From Bacillota bacterium (lineage in GTDB: Bacteria; Bacillota; Sulfobacillia; Fermentithermobacillales; Fermentithermobacillaceae), in NCBI GenBank assembly GCA_040767525.1, contig JAXGOJ010000003.1, positions 303 to 64,302 on the forward strand: a stretch of 64,000 nt of DNA, written 5' to 3'. The notes beneath the pieces were generated by a model. That model saw only the letters and a program-made list of their open reading frames with translations. It did not search any database and was not told the origin of the DNA. How positions within the stretch are numbered: position 1 is the first letter of the stretch; each line of letters begins with the position of its first letter. This document shows, piece by piece, positions 26,004-37,300 of this stretch. A program made the translations under genes and the position numbers.

Positions 26004-26828
26004 ATGAAAAAGGGGTTTAGATTTCTGTTATTGGCAGCTCTGGTATTGTCATTAGTGCTTCTGGCCGGGTGCGGGCCAAAACCTGAGACACCCCCGGCTG
26101 ATGGAGAAAAAAAGGCTGATACTCCAAAACTCAAGTTTGTTGCCGTTGGCGAGTGCACCTTTGCGCCTTTCGAGTATACCGATGAGAAGACGGGAGAACC
26201 TGCAGGTTTTGATATTGACCTCATCAAGGCTATAGGAGAAGCGTCTGAATTTGCGGTCGAATATAAGAACCTTGATTGGAATAGTCTGATTCCTTCTTTG
26301 CAGACCAAAGAGGCAGATCTTGTAGTATCAGGTATGACAATTACAGATGAAAGGGCTCTTGAGGTCAAGTTTTCAGATCCTTATTTTGAGTCAGGACAGG
26401 CTTGGGCGGTTATTGAGGGATCTTCTATTGAGACCTTAAACGATCTGTCGGGGAAGAAAGTTGCAGTACAAATTAATACCACCGGGGACTATGCTGCTCA
26501 GAAACTCGATGCGAAGTTCAAGGAAGACAAACTCACCGGATTGACAATAAAGCGGCTGGAAAACGCCGGAGACGTATTCAACGAACTTAAAGTTGGCGGT
26601 GTAGACGCTGTCGTATCAGACTTGCCGGTTATTCAGGAATACATGAAGAACAACCCGGATTCAAAGGTAATTGTCCCTGAACCTGCATTTACTGTTGAAT
26701 ACTACGGCGTTGCCATGCGTAAACAAGATAAGGAGATCCATGAACTTGTAAACAAGGGCCTGGCAAAGATTAAGGCAAGTGGCAAGTATGACGAAATTTA
26801 CGAGAAGTACTTCGGCACACAGCCATAA
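26004..26828 (+). CDS. Polar amino-acid ABC transporter substrate-binding lipoprotein
   Basis: 274 aa. The lipobox is LLAGC, and FAPFEY...GFDIDLIKAIGE...SGMTIT.ER are type-3 SBP family motifs. Confidence 0.85.
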   Translation: MKKGFRFLLLAALVLSLVLLAGCGPKPETPPADGEKKADTPKLKFVAVGECTFAPFEYTDEKTGEPAGFDIDLIKAIGEASEFAVEYKNLDWNSLIPSLQTKEADLVVSGMTITDERALEVKFSDPYFESGQAWAVIEGSSIETLNDLSGKKVAVQINTTGDYAAQKLDAKFKEDKLTGLTIKRLENAGDVFNELKVGGVDAVVSDLPVIQEYMKNNPDSKVIVPEPAFTVEYYGVAMRKQDKEIHELVNKGLAKIKASGKYDEIYEKYFGTQP

Positions 26829-26972
26829 TGTGAGAAGTTTCAGTGATATATAGCATGGTCAATGAACAGACGTGGTCTTAGAATTGGAACCGGCATGGCC
26901 TTGGAATATTGCAGTCACCAGGTTTTGTAATGGGAGTGAGCAGTTCTGTCCGATCTGTATGATCTGAGTATA

Positions 26973-27617
26973 GTGGCGAGATACTTTCCCTTTTTGGTCA
27001 AAGGGGTTGGAATTACAGTCCAGTTTACCCTTATATCTTTTTTGGTGGCAGTTGTACTTGGGTTGGCCATTGCTCTGGGCCGGATCAGCGACAATAAGGT
27101 TATTCGGGTGCCTTGTCAGATATACATTGACTTTATCAGGGGCACCCCGCTCCTGGCCCAGGTTTACCTGGTCCATTTCGGGCTGCCCCAGATACTTAAC
27201 TACAAGCCGGTAGGATACATTGATGCCCTTTTGGCTCTGACTTTGAATTCATCGGCATACATGGCTGAGATTTACAGAGGTGGAATCGAGTCTATTGAGA
27301 GAGGGCAAATGGAGGCCGCCAGATCTCTGGGCATGACTTACAGTCAGGCAATGAGGTATGTGATAATACCTCAGGCTTTTAGACGGGTGATTCCGCCTAT
27401 GGGGAACGAATTCATAACTTTGCTCAAAGAATCATCCCTTGTATCTGTCATCGGCATGGAAGATTTGATGATGCGCTCGAGGATGATGGCGGGGCAAAGT
27501 TTCAGGCCCTTTGAAGCGTATTTCACTACCGCTCTTATATATCTTGCTTTGACCTTTACTTTTAGCCGGTTTGTCGGAAAACTGGAAGGGAGGCTGAAAG
27601 AAAGTGGTCACAGTTGA
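26973..27617 (+). CDS. Polar amino-acid ABC transporter permease (HisM/GlnP type)
   Basis: 214 aa with the EAA-type loop MEAARSLGMTYSQAMRYVIIPQA. The start is uncertain. The frame is open back to 26940 (AVLSDLYDLSIV...), and an ATG at 26930 lies in another frame, so the N-terminus may carry a frameshift. Confidence 0.75.
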   Translation: MARYFPFLVKGVGITVQFTLISFLVAVVLGLAIALGRISDNKVIRVPCQIYIDFIRGTPLLAQVYLVHFGLPQILNYKPVGYIDALLALTLNSSAYMAEIYRGGIESIERGQMEAARSLGMTYSQAMRYVIIPQAFRRVIPPMGNEFITLLKESSLVSVIGMEDLMMRSRMMAGQSFRPFEAYFTTALIYLALTFTFSRFVGKLEGRLKESGHS

Positions 27618-28328
27618 GCACTTACACAAGAGATTTGGAGACTTGCACGTGCTGCGCGGGGTAAATCTGGAAGTACACAAAGGCGAGGTTGTAGTTGTTA
27701 TAGGGCCAAGCGGTTCTGGCAAAAGCACTTTCCTCAGGTGTATCAACCATCTGGAGCAGCCGACTGCCGGTGAGATTCACATTGACGGCATAAATCTTGA
27801 AGATGGCCAGGTCAACATTAATGAAATCAGGCAAACTGTGGGAATGGTGTTTCAGCAATTCAACCTGTTTCCACACCTTACGGTACTTGAGAATGTGACT
27901 TTGGCGCCGGTCAGAGTGTTGAATATGGAAAAGAAAACGGCAGAAAGACTTGGACGGGAACTTCTTGGAAAAGTGGGTTTGGCTGACAAGGAAAAGTCGT
28001 ATCCTAACCAACTTTCCGGTGGACAGAAGCAGAGGGTGGCGATTGCCGGGGCTCTTACAATGAAACCAAAGCTCATGCTCTTTGATGAGCCTACTTCGGT
28101 ACACTTGACCCTGAAATGATAGGAGAGGTTCTTGCTGTTATGAAACAGCTGGCCCTGGATGGGATGACGATGATCGTTGTCAGTCATGAGATGGGTTTTG
28201 CCAGGGAGGTTGCGGACCGTGTTGTTTTCATGGATTCTGGGCTCCTGGTTGAAGAAGGCAAGCCCCTGGAGTTCTTTAGGAATCCCAAACATGAAAGAAC
28301 CAGAGCTTTTCTAAGCAAGATCCTGTAA
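27604..28328 (+). pseudogene. Polar amino-acid ABC transporter ATPase (GlnQ type), single frameshift just after Walker B
   Basis: Walker A GPSGSGKST, the signature LSGGQKQR and Walker [10 protein letters not shown] lie in ORF 27604..28119. The expected continuation [18 protein letters not shown]... is in the next frame (ORF 28116..28328). The junction reads tcggTAcacttgaccctgaaatg. Confidence 0.7.
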
Positions 28329-28564
28329 GATTCACACTTCAAGGATCTGACCGCGGCTAACAACAGGGCCTTTCAGTATACAAGGCGCATCTATTGATAT
28401 TGTCATAGGTGTGCCTTGGCAGTTTTCATGACGTTTACCTGGTGGGTACTGTAGACTCAAGCAATCAGTCTGTGTCCAGTCGTGAAAAAGGTAATATAGC
28501 GGTTCTGGATAACAAAGAGCGTGATAAACACTGAATCAAATGATTTTGTGGCCGGGGAGTGTAA

Positions 28565-29818
28565 CTAGTTCCTGGCCAGGGGTGCCAGATTAGCTTCGTT
28601 TGCTTTGTCAGCTAGTTTCGTGAGGGTTACCAGGTTTGAAGATTCAAGCACGTACCATGGATATGTCCTGCCATTGATCAGAAATGTCTCCTCGGCCCAT
28701 GCAAGAAAACGCAAAGCCCTATGATAATCGCCCATTATGAAAGAGGCAATAGCCACACTGCTCCAGGGAAATTCATCTTTCTTCTTCCCAGACTCCCATC
28801 CCGGGAAACTTTCGTTAAAATCATGCCATATCTTGATGGCTTTTGGGTCTTGGGGAGATATGACGCCGCAAGTCACCAGGTACAACTGGGATACTCCGTC
28901 TGGATACCACTTGCCTTCTCTGGGAAACCTCCTCCCAAGAAAAGACAAAGACCAGGCGTAAGTTCCAAGTTCCTCGCTGTACAGAGTTTGGTCGATGCCA
29001 TACTTGATTTTGGCCGCCACATCTTTGTATTGAGACGCAAGACTCATGTCACCTTGTTCTTTCAAAACAGAAGACCAATCCATAAGCCCCCGGTAATTCT
29101 CTGCGTTATCCATGAGATACTTGGTTCGTGAACCGGGTTTAACGAAAACAAGGCCATCTTTATCTTGAAGATCCTCAATCACCTTTGCTACCAAGTTAAT
29201 GTCGTCCAGGTGACCTTGCAGGAAATCTATATCTCCGGTCTTACGGTAGTAGTCTGCAACCAATGACAAGAAGGTGGCGGCGTAGCTATCTGCTGAGTCG
29301 TAGTTCCTGGTGGATTTCATCACTACCCCGCTAATTCCCATATCTGTATCTGAGATGTACCTTTCCGCTTTGAAATCATATATGGTGCCTGTTAGCCCCC
29401 ATCTGTCCGGCCTGTTGAGGTTGGAAAGATACCATACCATATATCTTCTGGCTGATTCGGGATCAAGTTCTATCAGCGTTCTCGCTGCAAGGTTACTGAA
29501 GTACGGAATTACCCTGTCGCTATCCGGGGTTTGGGCAAGGGCGCCGTTTGGCAGCTGACACCTGGTGAGCCAGTTTTTCTCCTGAGACAGGGTTTCCAGC
29601 CTGATCGCCCCGGGGCTGGAGGGTTCCCGGTTGGTGTTATCCCTGGTTGCGGCGGGCATGTTTCCCGGGTGAAATGACCTTGGGCCGTTTTGTTCTATGT
29701 TTGCAAGCTCTATAGGGTTCTCGGGGTACTCTGTAAGGAAAAAAGTCAACGCTAAGAGCGATGTTATAGATATCACTATCAAGATCAATCGTGCGTGACC
29801 AATAATGAGTTTCACCAA
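28565..29818 (-). CDS. Hypothetical membrane-anchored extracytoplasmic protein (possibly alpha/alpha-toroid, glycosidase-like fold)
   Basis: 417-aa intact ORF with an N-terminal TM helix ILIVISITSLLALTFFL. It is rich in W/Y/D. No family was assigned confidently. Confidence 0.4.
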   Translation of the reverse strand: MVKLIIGHARLILIVISITSLLALTFFLTEYPENPIELANIEQNGPRSFHPGNMPAATRDNTNREPSSPGAIRLETLSQEKNWLTRCQLPNGALAQTPDSDRVIPYFSNLAARTLIELDPESARRYMVWYLSNLNRPDRWGLTGTIYDFKAERYISDTDMGISGVVMKSTRNYDSADSYAATFLSLVADYYRKTGDIDFLQGHLDDINLVAKVIEDLQDKDGLVFVKPGSRTKYLMDNAENYRGLMDWSSVLKEQGDMSLASQYKDVAAKIKYGIDQTLYSEELGTYAWSLSFLGRRFPREGKWYPDGVSQLYLVTCGVISPQDPKAIKIWHDFNESFPGWESGKKKDEFPWSSVAIASFIMGDYHRALRFLAWAEETFLINGRTYPWYVLESSNLVTLTKLADKANEANLAPLARN

Positions 29819-30294
29819 ACCAGTTTCCCTCCGAAAGCCCCGTCCTGAGCGCCTTTTTCTGCAGCTCCCAGGCCTTTACACCTTACGCGTAAGCCTATTT
29901 TTGGGGATGTACTGAACTATCACTTACAATATTCAAGTTTCGTTACAAAAGTCCTGCTAGAGACGTAAACACCACAGAAGTAAAATAATGTCATCCAGGA
30001 AGAAACTTATTGGATTACGAAAAAGCAGGAGTTTTGGGAAGGGGTCGCTAAATACCACTGTCAGGGTAGTATCGGGACTTTACTCAGGGGAGAAGTTCAT
30101 ACAGTGACAAGGCAAGTTTCCTTAAAAATGCATGGGACGATCATATCATAATTGTGAATCTACAAAACCCGGTGAGCCATGGGTTCAATCAATGTGAAAC
30201 ACGAAGGTAGACAGATAGTTTCTACCGTTTACAAGAATGTCAAAGGGATTGTTTTAGTTAACTAAGATTAGCAATATTGAATGGAGTAACTAAT

Positions 30295-31248
30295 ATGCCA
30301 CAGATACTGGCTGATGGGCTTTTGCTTTTGGTAACAGTCATTTGGGGGACCACTTTCGTCCTGGTGAAAGAGGCCATTTCTTCTGTAAAGCCTTTTACAT
30401 TTTTGGCGGTCAGATTTTTCATCGGTGGATTGTCCCTGGTGTTGTGGTTGGTAGTGAGACGAGTGTTGCCTTCTCTACGAGCCCAGGCCCGTGTGTCTCG
30501 GGCTCAGGCCCAAGCGCCTGACAATGGGGCCGGCGAGGCTTGCCCTTGCCTTAGTGGCGACGTTCAGGCCGGTGATAACACAAGGAAGCGATTTCTGATG
30601 GGCTCTGCAGTCACAGGAGTCACATTGCTCTTGGCTTATGCTACCCAGACTTTTGGGTTACTTACTGTGGCCGCGGGAAAGGCTGCTTTTATTACCGGTT
30701 TGTCAGTGGTTATGGTTCCCATTGCTTCGGCCTTCTTGCTTAAGACGGTTCCGGATCGAAGCACTGTCGCCGGCGTGATCCTGGCTACTATAGGGTTGGG
30801 CCTCATGTCACTGACTTTCCCATTCAGAATTGAACCAGGAGATCTACTGGTGTTTTTGTGTGCCATGGGATTTGCTGCACACATTCTCCTTGTGGGAATA
30901 TATGCCAGAGACAATGATCCTTTGGTTTTCGCGGCTATCCAGTTGATGGTGGTAGCAGTGGGTTCATTTGGAGCAGCACTTTTGCTGGAACAGCCCCTGT
31001 CTGTTCCAAAGGAAAGCTGGGGTGCTATTGTTTATACTGCTACCATAGCCACTGCCCTCACAGTTTTGATACAGTCTGCAGTCCAAAAGTATACTTCCAG
31101 CACTCATACTGCTTTGATATTTTCTGCTGAGCCGGTTTTCGGGGCCTTCTTTGCCTGGATCATGCTAGGCGAGGTCCTAAGCTCTCGCGAAATGCTTGGC
31201 GCTGTATTTATTTTGGCGGGTATGCTTGTTTCGGAAATTGACCCTTGA
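30295..31248 (+). CDS. EamA/DMT-superfamily transporter
   Basis: MPQILADGLLLLVTVIWGTTFVLVKEAI is a typical EamA N-terminus. Ten hydrophobic segments are present, and an unusually long hydrophilic central linker contains RAQARVSRAQAQA. Confidence 0.8.
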   Translation: MPQILADGLLLLVTVIWGTTFVLVKEAISSVKPFTFLAVRFFIGGLSLVLWLVVRRVLPSLRAQARVSRAQAQAPDNGAGEACPCLSGDVQAGDNTRKRFLMGSAVTGVTLLLAYATQTFGLLTVAAGKAAFITGLSVVMVPIASAFLLKTVPDRSTVAGVILATIGLGLMSLTFPFRIEPGDLLVFLCAMGFAAHILLVGIYARDNDPLVFAAIQLMVVAVGSFGAALLLEQPLSVPKESWGAIVYTATIATALTVLIQSAVQKYTSSTHTALIFSAEPVFGAFFAWIMLGEVLSSREMLGAVFILAGMLVSEIDP

Positions 31249-31790
31249 GCAAGGGCTGATTTTCCAGAGTACACTCCAGATCCCCTTGAGACAGGCTTTT
31301 GATGCCTTCCGAAAGCATGTATGGATTTACAGATTTCAACTCACCTGAAGAATCAACCTCAGTGGCCTGCAGAACTCGTAATACAACATGCTAATACATG
31401 TTGTGCTGCTTTTCTTCACGCAGAAAGTGGAAAATGGCTCTGTTTAACAAGGGGCTTTGCACAGTAACATTGGGGGTTAGAGAGTATTTATTATTGAAAA
31501 AGGTTTATTAGTAATTTCCGTCGAATCGAAATATAAAGAAGATACTGAATGTTGCAAGTGGATTGATATGAAAGTCAAAATCAGTAATCGTGACTCCCAA
31601 AGACTAAATGCTCTGAAAGGTAGATGATGTGTAGCCCGAGAACAACTCTTCTTTCCCTTGGACATCTGGGGAGTATGTGTTGCGTTTTCCTTTGCAATTG
31701 ACTCCCATTGCGTAAAGAGTAGGGAGTCGCAACCCAGACCATCATCCAGGACAACTCTGGTTGAATCAAAGAACACAAGGAGGGACAATA

Positions 31791-33374
31791 ATGGGTACCA
31801 GGATTGTGAGCAGGATCTTTATAGGGGTCATGGTTTGTATTGTGCTCAGCGGTTGTACGAAAGAGGTAGACACAGGTGGTGTCCAAAGACTTGTAGTTGC
31901 AGTTACGTCCGAGGCAGACACCCTGGATCCCCACAAGACTATTTCGGGGTCATGTAACTTTGTAATGAGGGAGATCTACGATCCATTAGTAACCAAAGAC
32001 AATGAGGGTAGGTTTCAACCAGGACTGGCAGAGTCCTGGGTAATCAGTGATGACGGCACTACGTACAGGTTCACACTTCGAAAAGACGTAAAGTTCACCG
32101 ATGGTACTCAGTTTGATGCCAATGCAGTTAAGTTTACTTTCGACAGGCTAATGGATCGGAGACAGCTGCGCCTGCCCGGAGTGATCGAGAGCGCTCTTGA
32201 GAGTGTAACGATATGATTGATGATATACTGTGAGTTTAAACACAAAGACCCCTATGCACCATTTCTACAGAACCTGTCGGGCTTATCTATCGATTATTTG
32301 TCCTACTGCAGTTGAAGAATGGGGAAAGAGCCGTGCTTATCCGGTTGGAACAGAGTGGCATTCATGCTTGAGAACTGGGTTCCCGGAAGTCACATCCTCT
32401 TGGTTAAGAACCTGATTGGGTAACGTCTATCATGGAGTGACATGATGGTAAGTTCTCATCGATGAGCTGGAGATCAGAACTATCAAAGATGAGCAGACTC
32501 TTCTGGCTGCCATGGAAACAAACGAGGTACATGTTGCTATACCTCCTGGACGAAGTAAGCAGGCTTGCCAAAGACGATCGATTCAGATTATTACAGACGA
32601 CAACTCGGCCACCATCGGATATTTAGAAATAAATATCAGGAATCCCCTATGGATGAGCTCGCAGTCGGGAAAACGCGGTTGGGTACGCAATCAACCGGAA
32701 AGAAATAATAACAGTATTTCATACTATGATTTGGCGAAAGAAGCCACTGTTCCGCTTCCAACCGGTTTGCAGGGATGCAGTGATGAAGTTGGCTTAAGAC
32801 ATATGGGTTTACACATGATCCGGGTAAAGCCAAAGAACTGATAGTGACGCGGGTTTCCAGGATTCCTGACGGTGATGAATAGTAGAAAAGAGATGGAAAA
32901 CCCACCTTTGAGGTTTTGTATCTTACCTGGGAAGATCCTATCGCGGAAAGTAAACTTGAGGTTGTACAGGCTCAAATGAAGGCAGTAAAAAGTCAACATA
33001 GAGACCTACGATTGGGCTACATTGGTTAATAAGCAACCTGGTAAAATGGCATTTTGAGTACATGAGCAGGGTTGGCAGGATCCGGTGGTAATTAGCATGA
33101 TGTTCAAGGACTATAAAGGATATGGGGATTTATGACATCGAAGAGGAACTTCCTGAAGTTTTATTTGGAGTTGTGTATAAGATAGGTGTTACACCTCATC
33201 CGGAACAGCAGGTTAAGTATATTCATCAAAGCTGAGATGGAATTGGAAAACGCCATATTTGTGCCGCTTATGTCTCCTTACTACGTGAGCAATGGCTCAA
33301 AGGTAGAAGGATTCAAGTTTGGTACATTTGGACGCTGGAGTTACGTTGACTGTTCTTTCAAAACACAAAAGTAG
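31791..33374 (+). pseudogene. Oligopeptide/dipeptide ABC transporter substrate-binding lipoprotein (family 5 SBP), many frame changes
   Basis: ATG follows AAGGAGGG, and the lipobox is VLSGC. The first 140 aa are intact (ESWVISDDGTTYRFTLRKDVKFTDGT). After that, recognisable segments (PVGTE, VPGSH...) are scattered over all three frames. Confidence 0.65.
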
Positions 33375-33445
33375 ATACTCGTACTGAGGCGGCTGCAACA
33401 GTAAGCTTTCGCAGCCGCCCATTCTCAAGCGAGGAGTAGATAAAG

Positions 33446-34375
33446 ATGGCAATTATGTTCTCAGGCGTCTATTGGTAGCTTTAATATTGTTTACGGTGCT
33501 GGGAATATCAGTTGTCGTGTTTTCTATGATGCATTTCGCGCTGGGGATCCTGTAGACGTCTTGTCAATGGAACAAAGGCACAAGTGCAGAAGTGAAACAG
33601 CAAATAAGGCATGAGTGGGGACTTGATCTTACCTTACCGGCAATATTTTCGTTTTCTCAAAGGTGCCGTAAAGGGTGATTTCGGGAGATCTGTGAGATCG
33701 AGTACGGAAACCTGTTGGGACGAAATCAAGCACCCGGTATGTAAATACCCTGAAACTTGCCTTGTGTGCAATAGTGATTTCGTCTTTCTTGGGAATTACT
33801 TTTGGCGTGCTATCGGCACTTGCTAAGAAGGACAGTCTTCTCGATAACCTCATGGTTTTTGTGTTTGCTCGGAGTCTCGACAGTCCCAGGTTTCTGGCTG
33901 GGGCTTCTCATGATTTACTTGTTTTCAGCAATTGCATCTGCTTCCCGTGGTAGGTTCAGGGGCGAAGCAATTGATTATGCCGGCTTTATTGCTTGGTATT
34001 ACGGGATCAGCAGTCATAGCAAGGATGACTAAAGTACCATGCTTGATGTATTGCGTGCAGAGTATGTACTACGGCTCGCTCAAAGGGGTTGCCTGAAAAG
34101 AAACAGTTCTCTTTGGGCATTCGTTTAAGAATGCCATTATCCCATCCTCACGATCTTGGTGGCTTCAATTTGCCGGTTATTTAGCAGGAGCTTTTATAAC
34201 CGAGTCTGTATTACCACAACGGTAATGAGGACATTGGGGGTTAGGTCTATATCAAAGGGATTTTCCTCTTACGCAAGGTGTAATCTTTATTGACGCGGTA
34301 ACAGTCGTAGGGGTCAATTTGGTTGTTGACACGTTATATACCTTGTTTGACCGCCGCGTTAAAGATTATGATTAA
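33446..34375 (+). pseudogene. Opp/Dpp ABC permease (OppB/DppB type), many frame changes
   Basis: Family-typical pieces lie in different frames: ...PGDPVDVL..., QIRHEWGLDL, GDFGRS and the terminal DRRVKDYD*. Confidence 0.6.
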
Positions 34376-34392
34376 GTACAACTGATCGGGGG

Positions 34393-35301
34393 ATGCCCAA
34401 TGAAGCTTTAAGATTCATTGCCCGGCTGAGTCAGTAGACACAGGCGGTTTGAAAGGCGAAGATGTGCGGTCGAAAAATGCAGGTGTTTTGAAAAGACTTT
34501 GGAGCAAAACGAACTGCCAAGCTCGGCTGGATATCCTTTGCGGGCTGGTTTTGACTGCCATTTTCGCCCATGTTTCTGAACGCCGGTGAGCGTTATGGAC
34601 ATACCCAACAGATTTCAACCTCCTTCTCGCCGGCATTTGTTCGGCACAGATGAGTTTGGAAGAGACTTGCTGAGCCGTATAGCGTATGGTGCAAGAGTAC
34701 ACCCTCCAGATAGGAATGATCAGTGTGACCATTTCTGTTAGCATGGGTTCCTTGCTCGGTAGCCCCATGTCCGGAGATTTTTCGGTGGATGGGCTGATAT
34801 GATTATCATGAGTTTATTGAACTTATGCTGGCATTTCCCAAGGATTCCTCCTTTCACTTATGGTTATTGCCGTACCAAATTTTGGCCTTCAAAATGCAAT
34901 GATTGCAGTTGGAATTGGATCTATGCCAGGATTTTGCGCGTTTGGTTGAGGTCAGTTCTTTCCATTAAGGAGAAGGAATACATAGAGCAGCAAGAGTAGG
35001 GGGATCGGAGCAAGTACAGCATACTGTTCCGGCATATTTTGCCCAACACTGTATCCCCGTGGTGTACTTGCTACAAGCCGACTCCCGGGTGCCATTTTGT
35101 CTGCGGCTGCTCTGAGTTTTATAGGCTTAGGTGCCCAGCCTGCCATTCAGGTGGGCGCAATTCTAAATTCAGAGTAGGAGCGCACTTGCGACAGGCGCCC
35201 TGGTTACCGTATTTCCTGGAATAGCAATTATGTTGACGGTATTGGCATTCAACTTGTTAGGTAATGAACTCGGGGATGTACTGGATCCACGTCTCAAATA
35301 A
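34393..35301 (+). pseudogene. Opp/Dpp ABC permease (OppC/DppC type), many frame changes
   Basis: [22 protein letters not shown] and the terminal LDPRLK* are recognisable but lie in different frames. Boundaries are approximate. Confidence 0.55.
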
Positions 35302-35342
35302 GAATTAGACTATGGAGAATGAGGGGCTTGCTATGTCAGATT

Positions 35343-36290
35343 GTTGCTGGAAATCAAAGACTTAATGACATATTTCAATACTGTAGACAGTGTCGTCAAG
35401 GCAGTCGACAGGGTCAGTTTTCTCTGAAAACAGGGAAACCCTTGGTATTGTCGGAGAAAGCGGTTCAGGGAAGAGTGTAACAGCCCTGTCAATACTCAGG
35501 CTGGTTCAGAGTCCTGGAATTATTGTTGGAGGTGATAAACTTTGAGGGAACCAATCTGCTTGCCCTGTCCCCGGAAGAGATTAGAAAGGTAAGAGGCGAC
35601 AGGATATCGATGATTTTCAGGAACCTATGACCTCTTTGAACCCTGTCTATACCATTGGAACACAGATTGCAGAGCCACTTATGTTGCACAGGGAAAATCC
35701 AAAGAAGAGGCATAGCATTGCTATAGAATTACTTCGTCAGGTTGGAGTACCTCAACCTGAGGTTAGAGTGTACAGTATCCTCATCAGTTCTCGGGCGGAA
35801 TGGGCAGCGAAACATGATAGCCATGGCACTGGCTTGTAGGTACGATTTGCTCATAATACCGATGAACCGACTACGGCTGTGGATGTGACGGTTCAGGCTC
35901 AGATCTTAAGCCTTATGAAGAGGCTGAAGGCAGAACTCAAATGTCAATAGTTTTGATTACTCATTTGGGTGTAGTTGCTGAAATGTGTGATAGTGTTGCA
36001 GTGATGTATGCTGGGGAAATTTGGAGAAAGAAGCGTGCATGGCTTCTATTCGCACCCATGGCATCCCTATGCCCAAGGGCTGCTCGCCTCAATACCGAGA
36101 ATTGATTCAAGGCCCGAGATGCTTCACGCAATCAAAGGCACTCTCCCTGATCGACTTAATATGCCCAAGGTTGCCGCTTCGATGCAAGATTATCAAGGTA
36201 CTCGACATTTGTCTGGAAGAAGAGCCACCCGTTTTATCTTTAGACGATGGTTTTGTCCGGTGCTGGCTGTATAGGGGCGAAGTGTTGTGA
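35343..36290 (+). pseudogene. Opp/Dpp ABC ATPase (OppD/DppD type), many frame changes
   Basis: Walker A region ...[17 protein letters not shown]..., MTSLNPVYTIGTQIAEPL and the C-terminal oligopeptide-ATPase segment HPYAQGLLASIP are each in different frames. Confidence 0.6.
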
Positions 36291-37275
36291 GTGAACAGAA
36301 AAGCTTTTTGAGTGTATGGATGTCAGGAAATATTTCCCGGTATATGGCGGTTTTCCCCGCCGGGGTAATTCTGTCAAAGCAGTGGACGGAGTTTCACTGG
36401 ATATACGTCTCGGTGAAACCCTGGGTTTGGTAGGCGAGAGTGGTTGCGGCAAGACAACCATGGCTCGTCTTATTGTTCGTTGCTGGAGCCTACTTCAGAG
36501 TAAAATGTTATTTCAAGGTTATGATATAAATACTATGGAAGGCAGAAGTTAAGTGAGTTCAGGCGTAGCGTCAAATAGTATTTCAGGATCCATATGCGTC
36601 CTTGAACCCAAGGATCGAAATAGGTGATGTGATTGCTGAAATGTTAGATGCACATGACATCTGCCGAAAGGAAGGAGCAAAGGCAACACTGTGGATCTGT
36701 TGGAATTAGTCGGCTTACGGAGTTCGTATTATGACAGATACCCCCATGAGTTTTCAGGAGGAAAGACAGCGGAGCCGGGGATAGCCCGGGCACTTTTCCC
36801 TTAATCCGAAATTGATCGTTTGCGATGAACCTGTTCTGCGTCTTTAGACGTTTCCATACAGGCACAGATCCTGAATCTTTTGAGGAATCTTCAAAATGAG
36901 CGCAAAACTCACTCTTGTATTCATAACCGCCGATCTGGCAGTTGTCAGGTATATATCTGACCGTGTAAGCGTGTGTGCTTATCTCAGGAAGATTGTCGAG
37001 AAGTTAGGGACACCGGTGCGCTAATTGACAATCCACTTCACCCTTATACAAAAGGGCTGGTAGCTTCAGTTCCTACTCCTGACCCTAATGTCAGGCGTGA
37101 GATTTACTTCTCTTTGAAGGTGATGTTCCCAACCCAATTAACCCACGCAAGGTTGCAGAGTTCCATACCAGATGCCCGTTTGTGCTGGACAGGTGTAAGG
37201 CAGAAGAACCCCTTCTGGTTAGTGTCCGCGCAAACCGGCTATCGCCTGTCGAATTTCAGTCAGTTTAGAAGGTGA
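36291..37275 (+). pseudogene. Opp/Dpp ABC ATPase (OppF/DppF type), many frame changes
   Basis: [28 protein letters not shown] (ORF 36316..36552), a signature-like FSGGKRQR region near 36750 and HPYTKGLVASVPTPDP (ORF 36973..37275) lie in different frames. Confidence 0.6.
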
Positions 37276-37300
37276 TTACGACAGATAGGAGGGTCATGTA

